DNA from: Octopus vulgaris
Taxonomy: Eukaryota
NCBI GenBank assembly: GCA_951406725.2
Contig: OX597816.1
Coordinates: 64,976,001 to 65,040,000, forward strand
Direction: 5' to 3'
DNA length: 64,000 bases
Positions 53,754 to 64,000 of this stretch are shown here, piece by piece (within the stretch, counting starts at the first letter, position 1; each line of letters opens with the position of its first letter). A program made the translations under genes and the position numbers. The notes under the pieces were generated by a model. The model was not told the DNA's origin. It was given only the letters and a program-made list of their open reading frames with translations, and did no database searches.

Positions 53754-54180
53754 GGTAGTGGGTAGGGATTTTCTTCACTACTTCAGGGAGTGACGAGCCT
53801 ACCTGACACGAGTCCCGGGCTCAGCTTGCTGGCTGACAGTACCCGGTATGGACACCCTATCCAGGGTTACGGAAAGGCGACAACATTCAAAGAAATCTGG
53901 AGTGGAGCCCCGAAGGCGGTTTAGTTTTCGACTCGACACTCTTCCGGCAGCTCCTGCAACCAAGCTGGTGCCAAACGTAATGCTCTGCACTCCTTTGGAC
54001 TACGTCAGCAAGGTCGAGAGAAGAATCCTGACAATTGGGCTACCCAAGATTTTCTTACATCTAGCCCAGGCCTGCGCAAAACTGGGGAGGAAACTGGAGA
54101 GGACATGAAATGAAAAAATCAGACTGCATTAGTTTATGCGCAGCTCCATTGTCCCCCGAGACAAAAGGATGCCAACAATA
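53754..54180 (+). mobile_element. RTE-like LINE 5' UTR fragment
   Basis: GC-rich island between microsatellites. CCAAGCTGGTGCCAAACGTA..CCTTTGGACTACGTCAG..GTCGAGAG..GCCCAGGCCTG resembles RTE leaders (recalled, not searched) and the SINE D body. Confidence 0.55.
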
Positions 54181-54771
54181 GCAATGTATTTACGTATATT
54201 TATGTATGTATGTATGTATGTATGTATAGTCATATGTCTTTTATTTTTGTTTCAATCATTCACCTGCGATAAACTGGGACACTGCCTAGAAGTGCCTGAG
54301 TCGAACAAAAACGATCTCAGTACTTATTTTTAATTTTGGTAAATAATCTGTCATTTGCGTTGCCGAACCGCTTGTTAAGAATTAGTGGGGCACAAAGTCA
54401 TAAATGCACACACACATCCTTACACGCACGTACACACACAAACACATACACGCACATAAAATCACTTAAAATATAATAGATTAAAACATTAAATCAGAGT
54501 AGTGAGTGATTCAAATGCTGTTTGCATTAATGGCCGAGTGCAATTTAGGCATTACGAATTTTTAATGTATATCCCGTGTCCACTTCCCTGAATCTCACCT
54601 CCTCATTACAAACTGCATCTCCCTCCGTTGCATAAATTTAAATTCCAGTATCCCAAATGACAGTTAGGCTTCAGGAATTCTAGCATAGTTCATACAACCA
54701 GCATCTCGAGCCGCACTAGGTTATTGAACTACATAATCATTTCTAAATTTCTCTCTCTCTCTCTCTCTCTG

Positions 54772-54857
<86 letters not shown>

Positions 54858-54860
54858 TAT

Positions 54861-55068
54861 ACAACTTATAAACAAGGGCAAAAGAAAATTACTTTCTATG
54901 CCAATATGCTGATAACAGGTTTTTAAATCGTCAATTTCCACATATTATATATCCGCTACTGAAATACGTTGTAGCGGGTGTATGATATGTGAAAATTGAC
55001 GATTTAAAAGTCTGTTATAGCATATTGGTATAGAAATTAATTTTCTTTTGCCATTGTTTATAAGTTGT
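54861..55068. repeat. Inverted repeat (~98-bp arms, 11-nt loop) abutting (TA)n
   Basis: 54861-54959 versus 54971-55068, roughly 90% identity. Confidence 0.93.
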
Positions 55069-55155
55069 TTATAATTTTAATCTTAAAAGTATTTTAATAT
55101 GCTGCCACTTTTTTGATGAAAATTTTCTGTGAAAAAACTTCATCCTATATTAGTA

Positions 55156-55211
<56 letters not shown>

Positions 55212-55258
55212 GCCGTATGTAAACAAACAAGTTTGTTTTCGATGCGTTGAAATGTATT

Positions 55259-55397
55259 GTAGAACAAGTAGTAAGATAAATTTTATTCAACACATAGACA
55301 CTTGACAGTATATATAAAAAAAGAAAAGGATTTTATCCTTTATATATATACTGTTCAGTATCTATGCATAGAATAAAATTTATCTTTCTACTTGTTC

Positions 55398-55399
<2 letters not shown>
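55259..55399. repeat. Inverted repeat (~58-bp arms)
   Basis: TAGAACAAGTAGTAAGATAAATTTTATTC pairs with GAATAAAATTTATCTTTCTACTTGTTCTA. Confidence 0.85.
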
Positions 55400-55431
<32 letters not shown>

Positions 55432-55699
55432 AACATATATATAAATATGTAAAGCTAAGATCCAAGGATCAAAGTGTAGGAAGTTAGTAATGTTCCTGCA
55501 ATCCTCAAAACGTATTAAGAAAAAAAAATTTCAGGAACAATGGTGGCTTATTGACGTAGAAGGTTGTAAAGTTTTCCATATTGAAGTTCGATAACTTGAA
55601 AAACATTGTTTCTTCGTTCAAGGTTAGCAACTGTGGTGGCTGTGTATGCGAATAAAAATCCAAATTTAGAAAATGGAATTGGTAAAATCGTTGCTACAT

Positions 55700-56830
55700 A
55701 TGCTTTCTAACCAACAGAGACTCAGAAGTAGTAATTACCCAAATGAGTACGCCCAGTACTAGAAGAGACATGGCTCATGACAGCCATAATGTTCAACATG
55801 AAGGATGGTGGCCAAGATATTGAAGGCCACAAGCACTAACAAACTCAACTAGAAGGGATATGGGATCGAACTCACTATCCAGGCAACAGTAGAGGATTTG
55901 AATAGGATAGCGGAGGAGATAGTGCTACTAGACGACTTGAGATTGAAAATGAAGGTGGAGGGCAGGCTGCCTGTATGTTTCGAATGTGGAGAGAAGGGCC
56001 ACATGAAGGCATGGTGCACCCAGAAAAAGCAACAAGCAGAGCAGCTGGAGAGACAAGAGAGCGTGGACCAGGTAGAACAGGTCGAGACAAAGGAAAAAGA
56101 AACAGGGGATGATTTTACTGTGGTAAAAAATGAAGAAGGAGCGGAGGGATAGGTTCTCCGCCAGAGAAATAGAAAAAGAAGAGAGAAGATATGAGAAAAG
56201 AAACTGTGAAGGAGGTCAGCAGGAAGGGAGAGAAAAGGGTAACATAGAAGGAAAGTAAAAAGAAAGTGGAGTGACAAGTAAAGATACCAGTGGGTCAGGT
56301 GGAAAAGGATTCGGAAATTCAACTGGCCGAAGAGGAGGTGGAGAGACTATTTAGAGTGGAGGAGGAAAAGAGAAAACAAAGAGTTCAAAATAAAGGAAAG
56401 AAAATACAAGGAGGAAATGGACTATGGTATTACGTGACGCACCCAAAGAATGTAGAAACAGAGAAGATAGTCAAGTTTAATCAAACAGTAAGAGAGAAAG
56501 TACCATCATACATATATGCAGAGGATATGAAGGCGATAGTGATCGAAAAGGAAAATTACAAGAAACTGGAAGAAATATGTGGAGATAGTATTGACCCACC
56601 AGGAGTAAGGGTGGAATTCAAAGAATTGCCACCAGTAGTGGATTTGGTAGAAAGTGAACCATTGATGAAGTACTACTAAAAAGAAAATAAGTATGTTAAA
56701 TCGACAGGTAAAAAGAAAAGAAAAAACAAAAAGGAAAGAAAAAACAAAAAGGAGGAAAAAAGGAAAAAAAGAAAGAGTAAAGTGTTTTATGTTATGTTTA
56801 AAAACATATCGAAAAATAGAAGAATAATTG
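55700..56830 (+). mobile_element. Non-LTR ORF1-like (CCHC zinc knuckle) relic without ORF2
   Basis: VEGRLPVCFECGEKGHMKAWC (CX2CX4HX4C), a basic/acidic linker with stops, C-terminal ORF 56290-56679, then an A-rich tail. Confidence 0.7.
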
Positions 56831-56949
56831 TAGAGAATGTATATTACGGTTCAAATACTTGCAATGTTATGTAACACGATAATTAGTTGTTATGTATGTG
56901 GGCTTACAATGTTGCCTGAGTACTTAGTATTAATGTTTTATGTAAATAT

Positions 56950-57183
56950 GGCGGCGAGCTGGCATAATCGTTAGCGAAGCGGGCGAAATTCTTAGCGGCA
57001 TTTTGTCTGCCGCTACGTTCTGAGTTCAAATTCCGCCGAGGTCGACTTTGCCTTTCATCCTTTCGGGGTCGATAAATTAAGTACCAGTTACGCACTGGGG
57101 TCGATATAATCGACTTAATCCGTTTGTCTGTCCTTCTTTGTCCTCTCTGTGTTTAGCCCCTTGTGGGTAGTAAAGAAATAGGT
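56950..57183 (+). mobile_element. Full SINE family A
   Basis: GGCGGCGAGCTGGCATAATCGTTAGC..GAGTTCAAATTCC..AGCCCCTTGTGGGTAGTAAAGAAATA. Confidence 0.93.
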
Positions 57184-58465
57184 ACTGCTTGTGATGAGGG
57201 GCGCATGCAGCCATTCATAACCTCATTGTTATATAATCATCTCATTCATATTCGTTTATGTATTGCCCCCTCTATGGTATCCTGTCTGTCCTTGTTTGTC
57301 CCCCTCTATCTTGGGTCCTTGTGGCTAAAAAGAAACAGAGTTTAATAGAGGTCATCCGAATGAGCGATATAACAGATCCTTTGACAGTATAACCCTTATT
57401 TGACTAAGGTATATTTGGCCTCGTTTGGGTAATTATTACTCATAAGCATTTGATTCTGAAACAATCATGTTACCCAAAACGGCTAAGCAAAATTCACTTT
57501 GCAACTGTTATTATTCTGTAGCGGACAAAATGGACGTTGCTCTTTCTGTTTTCTTACAGATAGTAAACTTTTGCATCGGCATGCGCGTATATGTGTATGT
57601 TTCTGCATGTCTGGATATCCTTGTATGTGCCACTATGTGCGTGCCTGTGGTTCTATGTGTATGACTCTATGTATGTGTGAATATGTTTGTACTCTATTTC
57701 GTTTGTTACAGGAGACTCACTACCGAGAGATGAGTTGAGTATTTCTATTTTCCCCTTATGTTGTAGCTTACATTCAAAAGATAAAAACAAGAAAACTTGA
57801 ATACAACATTATTCTCCATGTTGATTTTGTATTAAGGAAATTCGGATATGTATCCACCATATCTCTCTCTCTCTATTTTTCCGTCTTTCATTCTCACTTC
57901 TCCATTTCTTTCTCTCTCTCTTTCCCTCCTCTCTTTCTCTTTTTATCTCTCTCTCTCTATCACTTACATCTATCTCTCCGTCTCTCTCTCTCTTTCTCCG
58001 TCTTCCCTCACCATACACACACACAAAGAAGACCACACGCAAACATCCATGATTGTTTTGGAGAAATACGGTGATCTTTCGCTTTAAGAAAACAGATGAA
58101 GTCAGAAACGTACAAAAATAAATCTTATCTCTTGGGTAAGCGGAACGCATAAGTAAAAGCATAAGAGTCGCTTATTAAACACCATTACTATAGATTAGAT
58201 TTCTTTTTATATTTCTCAACAGTACGATGTAATTAAGTAATGAGGGTAACGTCTTAGAAAATAAGACAATTTATACAGAAAAGATAGAAACATGTAAAAA
58301 TAATTGAAAATTGGTAATTCCTTTCAAATTTCTTTACCGTAAGCTTTCAAATAATATTTTTGTTTACATTTCGAAATGAGTTGTCTAAACACAAATTGCT
58401 TGTACATGGATGTTTATGTAGTCGTAGATTCCCATATACATACATACACACACAGACATACAAAC

Positions 58466-58517
<52 letters not shown>

Positions 58518-58519
<2 letters not shown>

Positions 58520-58725
58520 TCTTTTACTCTTTTACTTGTTTCAGTCATGTTAATGTGGCAATGCTGGAGTACCACCTTTAGTCGGGCAAATCGACCCCAG
58601 GACTTATTCTTTGTAAGTCTAGTACTTAATCTATCGGTCTCTTTGGCCGAACCGCTAAGTTACAGGGACGCAAACACACCAGTATCGGTTGTCAAGAGAT
58701 GTTGAGGAGACAAACACAGACACAC
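58518..58725 (-). mobile_element. SINE family B 3' half
   Basis: Reverse complement of the family B tail (ACTCTTTTACTCTTTTACTTGTTTCAGTCAT). Confidence 0.85.
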
Positions 58726-58750
58726 AAAATTATATACACACACATATATC

Positions 58751-58795
<45 letters not shown>

Positions 58796-59117
58796 AGTCA
58801 GTAAAACATAAATCCGAAAAAGAAGCACACTCTAAGTTACGTATGCATGTATGTATGTATGTATGCATTTATATATATATATATATATTCGAAATATGGA
58901 GTAGATAAAACAGGGGACAACTGATGAAGGGATTGTTGCCTGTCTCGTTTCTCTATTTGATTCGTTGTTCTAAAAATAGTTCGTTTTCCATGTTTTTTGT
59001 CTTTTTATGTTCTCGTTTTTCCTTTTGTTCACGTTCTTTTGACGTCCTGTACCCATATATCCATGTATATATACAAATATATGCAGGTGTGTACATATAT
59101 GTATGAATATATGCATA

Positions 59118-59328
59118 TACTCTTTACTCTTTTACTTGTTTCAGTCATTTGACTGTGGCCATGTTGGAGCACCGCCTTTAGTTGAGTACATCGACCCCAG
59201 GACTTATTCTTTGTAAACCTAATACTTATTCTATCGATTTCTTTTGCCGAACCTCTAAGTTACGGGGGCGTAAACACAACAGCATCGGTTGTTAAGCGAT
59301 GTTGGGGGGACAAACACAGAGACGCAAA

Positions 59329-59418
<90 letters not shown>

Positions 59419-59592
59419 TGCATATATTTATACAATGGGCTCCTTTCAGTTTCCGTCTACCAAATCCACTCACAAGGCTCTGGCTGGTCCGATGCTTTAG
59501 TGGAAAACACTTGCGCAAGGTGCCACGCAGTGGGACTGAACCCGAACAATGTAGATGGTAAGCAAGCTACTTAGCACACAGTCACTCCTACG

Positions 59593-59596
<4 letters not shown>
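59118..59596 (-). mobile_element. Full SINE family B
   Basis: Both halves in reverse orientation with internal (CA)n(TA)n. Confidence 0.88.
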
Positions 59597-59649
<53 letters not shown>

Positions 59650-59800
59650 ATATAGGGTGGCAAAAAAATGCTAGGGGACAGCTTTGGCTGTTATTTCTAG
59701 TGGGTGAATGGCCTATTATGGCCGTTCCTTGATTGTGATATATATATATATGATTTATATTATATTTATTATATATATTATTTATATTTTATATATATAA

Positions 59801-61064
59801 AGGCAGTTACTCAACAAATCAAATGTAGACGTAATCTACCTTGATTTTGCAAAAGCTTTTGACAAGGTGGATCATGGTATGATATGCCACAAACTGCGTG
59901 ACCTCGGCATAGCTGGAAAACTTGGAGTGTGATTACATGACTTCCTGAAAGATCGGAGTCAGACAGTAGTGGTTAATGGAGCCACCTCTATGAACACACA
60001 AATAGTGAGCGGTGTTCCACAGGGCACTGTCTTGGGACCACTGCTTTTTATAGTGGCCCTCTCAGATATGCCCTCAAATGCCCGGATAGCCACTCTGGCA
60101 AGCTATGCAGACGATACGAAAGTCTCGCAGAAAATACAGAACCGCAGCGATGTTGCACACCTGCAGCAGATGGACTGAGGATAATAATATGCAGTTTAAT
60201 GCTGAAACATTCCAGGCCCTGCGCTACCAGCATCCAAAACTGAATATTAAACTTACAGGATACACCGGTCCACAGGGAATTTCAATCCCAGAGCCTAAGT
60301 CTGTGAGGGACCTGGGTATCGACATGAGTGAGGATACCTCTTCCTAAGAGCACATTACCAGGATAGCGACAAAGTGCAGACGCCTGGATGGATGGATCCT
60401 AAGAACATTCAGAACCAGAGATAAGGAAACCATGATGGGCCTCTGGCGGACATTCGTACTCAGCCGCTTGGATTACTGCTCACAGCTATGGTCACCCACC
60501 AGTGTGAAATTAACAGCGGACCTTGAAGCAATCCAGAGAAGATTCACAAAGAAGATCGTCTCTTTACAACAGCTCAGCTACTGGGAAAGGTTGAAACAGC
60601 TAAGACTCTACTCCCTGGAGAGAAGACGGGAGAGGTATGCAGTAATATAGGTCTGGAAGATCCTGGAAGGAATTGTGCTAAATTTTGGTATTGTAAGCTA
60701 CACCAATGCTAGAACGGGACGACACTGCATAGTTCCAAAGATCCCAGCAATGACATCACGCTTCAGGACCAGCTACTGCAACAGACTGGGTTTCGAGGGT
60801 CCACAGCTATTTAATATTCTCCCAAAGAGTCTGAGGAACTTGTACAAAGTAGATGTAGCGGTTTTTAAATCAAAGCTGACATCTTCCTGTCGAGAGTCCC
60901 AGATGAACCTACCTCAAGGCAAGAGGTGCAAATGAGAGTAGCTATTTCAAACTCCATCCTTCACCAAGTGCCACATATTAGAGGAGGCTCTTTGTAATAA
61001 CAGTCTAGCACAAAACGGCGGTGCATTAGCATGGCCGCAGCTCTGAGCTGAGACAAGAAAAAAA
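59801..61064 (+). mobile_element. CR1/Jockey-group LINE, 5'-truncated RT plus 3' UTR
   Basis: VDVIYLDFAKAFDKVDH; SGVPQGTVLGPLLF; YADDTK; VRDLGI; SRLDYCSQLWSP; LYSLERRRERY; GPQLFNILP. Stops and frameshifts present; A-rich end. Confidence 0.95.
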
Positions 61065-61470
61065 TATATATATAATTTATATTTTATATTTTATATTTTA
61101 CTGTTTATATGTTTGTACTGTCGTTACCGTCTTGCTTTTTTTACCCCTCTGCGAAAAGATCTCAGAATTTTAATTGATTTTGCTTTTCGCAGGAAGGAAG
61201 TTTTCTTCGAAGTATACGTCTCGCTTTTATCCTTCGAAACGTTTAGTAGATGAAACCTTAGCGACTGAAGAAGGGGATTTTTCGTTGTGCTTATTGTCCT
61301 GTATCTCCTTTTTTTTGCTTGTCTTGTTCCTTGGTTTGTGTCTATGTTTTTCGTCTCTCTATGTGTTCGACGTCTTTTTGGTGTCCTGTACACATATATG
61401 CGTGTATATGTACATGTAGAGGTAGGTACGTACATATATGTTTATATATATGCATATGTTCTATTTTATT

Positions 61471-61531
<61 letters not shown>

Positions 61532-61534
<3 letters not shown>

Positions 61535-61694
61535 CGCAGGAGTGGCTGTGTGGTAAGTAGCTTGTCTACCAACCACATGGTTCCGGGTTCAGTCCTACAG
61601 CGTGGCACCTTGAGCAAGTGTCTTCTACTATAGCCTCGGGCCGACCAAAGCCTTGTGAGTGGATTTGGTAGACGGAAACTGAAAGAAGGCCGTC

Positions 61695-61750
<56 letters not shown>

Positions 61751-61945
61751 ATGTGTGTGTGTGTATGTGTTTGTCCCCTAGCATTGCTTGACAACCGATG
61801 CTGGTGTGTTTATGTCCCCGTTAATTAGCGGTTCGGCAAAGGAGACCGATAGAATAAGTCCCGGGGTCGAGTTGCTCGATTAAAGGCGGTGCTCCAGCAT
61901 GACCGCAGTCAAATGACTGAAACAAGGAAAAGAGTAAAAGAGTAA
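61532..61945 (+). mobile_element. Full SINE family B
   Basis: Both halves present; tail GGCGGTGCTCCAGCATGACCGCAGTCAAATGACTGAAACAAG. Confidence 0.92.
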
Positions 61946-63740
61946 GATATATGTATATATATATATATATATATTATATGTAGAAAAAACAAACTGGGAC
62001 AAGAACGTAAAACATTTAGAAGACGATACAAAAAACACGAACGGGACATTCGAAGCCTTCAATCTTCAGTCAAGAACCGGATCATCCTAGCAATTTCGGC
62101 TGATTAATCTTGAGATCGCTCCGATCCGGCCAGCCCCAAGGAAAAACTAAGCTACGAGCATTAGATTTCTTGGAAGAAGGATTGAAGGTATACGAAACAG
62201 GGACAGAAAAACGGACGATGCCACACGAATATAAAATACAAAAAACAATAATGGTAAAAACAGGACAAAAACAGCGGGTGTCTTAAAACTAATAAACAGT
62301 ACAACTACTGCAAGAAAGTAAAAGTTAGGGAGGCATAATTTGAGTTTCTTGGCCCACTAACTATATTAGTTATTATAACGTTCTGAGAAACACACTTGCG
62401 TTTATGAAATTTTGCTTAGATAGGTTTCCGATCTAGAAGATTGTGATTAAGTTGATAACCGCGGCCATCGTTTTTATTGCTTCTAAATTTATACGCAGAA
62501 AGAAAAATTGTTAATGTCAGACCCCAGAGTCGTCCCGAACTTTTGCAACAAAGGAGACTATATTAAAGACACATAAAGGTCAGGTTGACGTTTTATTTCT
62601 AGCGTTGCATTAAATGGACTAAAAAAATGGTGACTATATTGTGTTTTTCCAACATACTATTAGTCCTTTTATATATTCAGTCATCACAGGCAAAATGTTG
62701 CTTTATTTCTCCAGTAATAACTGAGAGTACTTCAAATAATTAAAATATTCCTGATTCATCGATATTAGCTTGCATTTCTATCCATATATTGATGGTGCAA
62801 AAATGTATTATAACATCACATCCGATAGGGCTGTGTATGCCACATCGGACTTTTTCTTACATCGACTATCAATTTGAATGATGCTTTCAAGCAAGTTAAC
62901 AAAATAAATTTCATCGTTATCAGGGAGCTTGCATTTTTTTTTTCAACATTAACCAAACTACGTGTTAACATGCGCAAATATCACACTATCACGCTGGCAA
63001 TCACTACGGATTCTCAACATAGCATTAAACAATTCCTTATAGCAAGCGTTTTTGTTTTTTTCAGAATGACATTGATATACGAATTATGTATTGGTCACAA
63101 AACTTCCATGTATTTCATTCTTTAATTAATGTCAATTATTTCCGATTTCGCTGAAGCACTTTGACAGTTCGCCTTTCAATCATCTTTTAGTTGTTTTGTA
63201 ATGATCTTTTTTTCATCCTTGACTAAAATATGAGCAAACATTATAATATATACAACATAAAATATATACGACTGTCTTCTCATAATGCAGACTACTCACA
63301 AACAAATAAACGAACGAGATGTTATCTGTAATAAGACACAACACAGGAATGATAAAATTAGATTTCAAGAAAGCAAAAAGGAAAACAAAGAAAAACTCTT
63401 CTCTATAAATTATAAACCATGGCACTGACTTTATAACAGCTGTCAAATATTGGAAACATTGGCAAAACTTCTGAAAATCGATACATAAGATGTTGTTTGC
63501 ATTCAATGTAATTCAATAGATACTGCCATGAAATAATCTTTTAAAAAGTAAAGAAAGGTAACAAAGACATTCTGATAAGACGAATAAACTGCTAAATGCG
63601 TTGGGAAACTATTCACAGTTTTCCAAATTTTAATCAATTATAGCTTACTTATTTATAAAGGAAGCTTGTAAAAAGCTACTGATCCAGTACTCAAACAACT
63701 GTGTCATTGCTAAGGAGAGCAAATTGATAGATCTGTTATA

Positions 63741-63964
63741 CATATTCATATATATATATATATATACATATACATATTCATATATATATATATACATATT
63801 CATATATATATACATACATATTCATATATATATATGTATATATATACATATTCATATATATATATACGCATATTCATATATATATATATATACACACATA
63901 CACATACACAAACACACACACACATATACGGCATCTATATGTTATACATACATACATACATACA

Positions 63965-64000
<36 letters not shown>
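63741..64000. repeat. CATATTCA(TA)n minisatellite followed by (TACA)n
   Basis: About 6 copies of CATATTCA separated by variable (TA)n. Confidence 0.9.

Noticed and set aside
63741-63890. Regularly spaced short repeats, CRISPR-like spacing
   Set aside because: Eukaryotic context, and the spacers are only (TA)n; it is a minisatellite.

Overview
This is AT-rich, repeat-dense eukaryotic DNA with many microsatellites ((TA)n, (CA)n, (TATG)n, (GATA)n, (AAT)n, (CTT)n). It is almost certainly intronic or intergenic sequence from a cephalopod (Octopus-like), inferred from the SINE families and an embedded cox1 fragment. I can support no host protein-coding exon; nearly all listed ORFs are microsatellite or SINE read-throughs. 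Retroelement content: Penelope-like RT and GIY-YIG relics, relics of RTE, CR1/Jockey, L1/Tx1, R4/Dong and Hero-like LINEs, and several tRNA-derived SINE families. DNA transposon content: a full-length frameshifted DD34D mariner, a deleted Tc1/mariner, a MITE with an 8-bp TSD and a non-autonomous Helitron. There is also a cox1 NUMT. The main hidden signal is a set of type I hammerhead ribozyme (HHR) motifs with palindromic stem III. One canonical HHR lies in a 404-bp ORF-less unit with a 72-bp terminal direct repeat (retrozyme/circRNA-like). Others lie in long inverted repeats embedded in (TA)n tracts. A candidate HDV-like pseudoknot marks the exact 5' end of an RTE-like leader, and three LINE-SINE sequence-sharing pairs occur in the window. 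All folds and alignments were done by eye; no searches were run.
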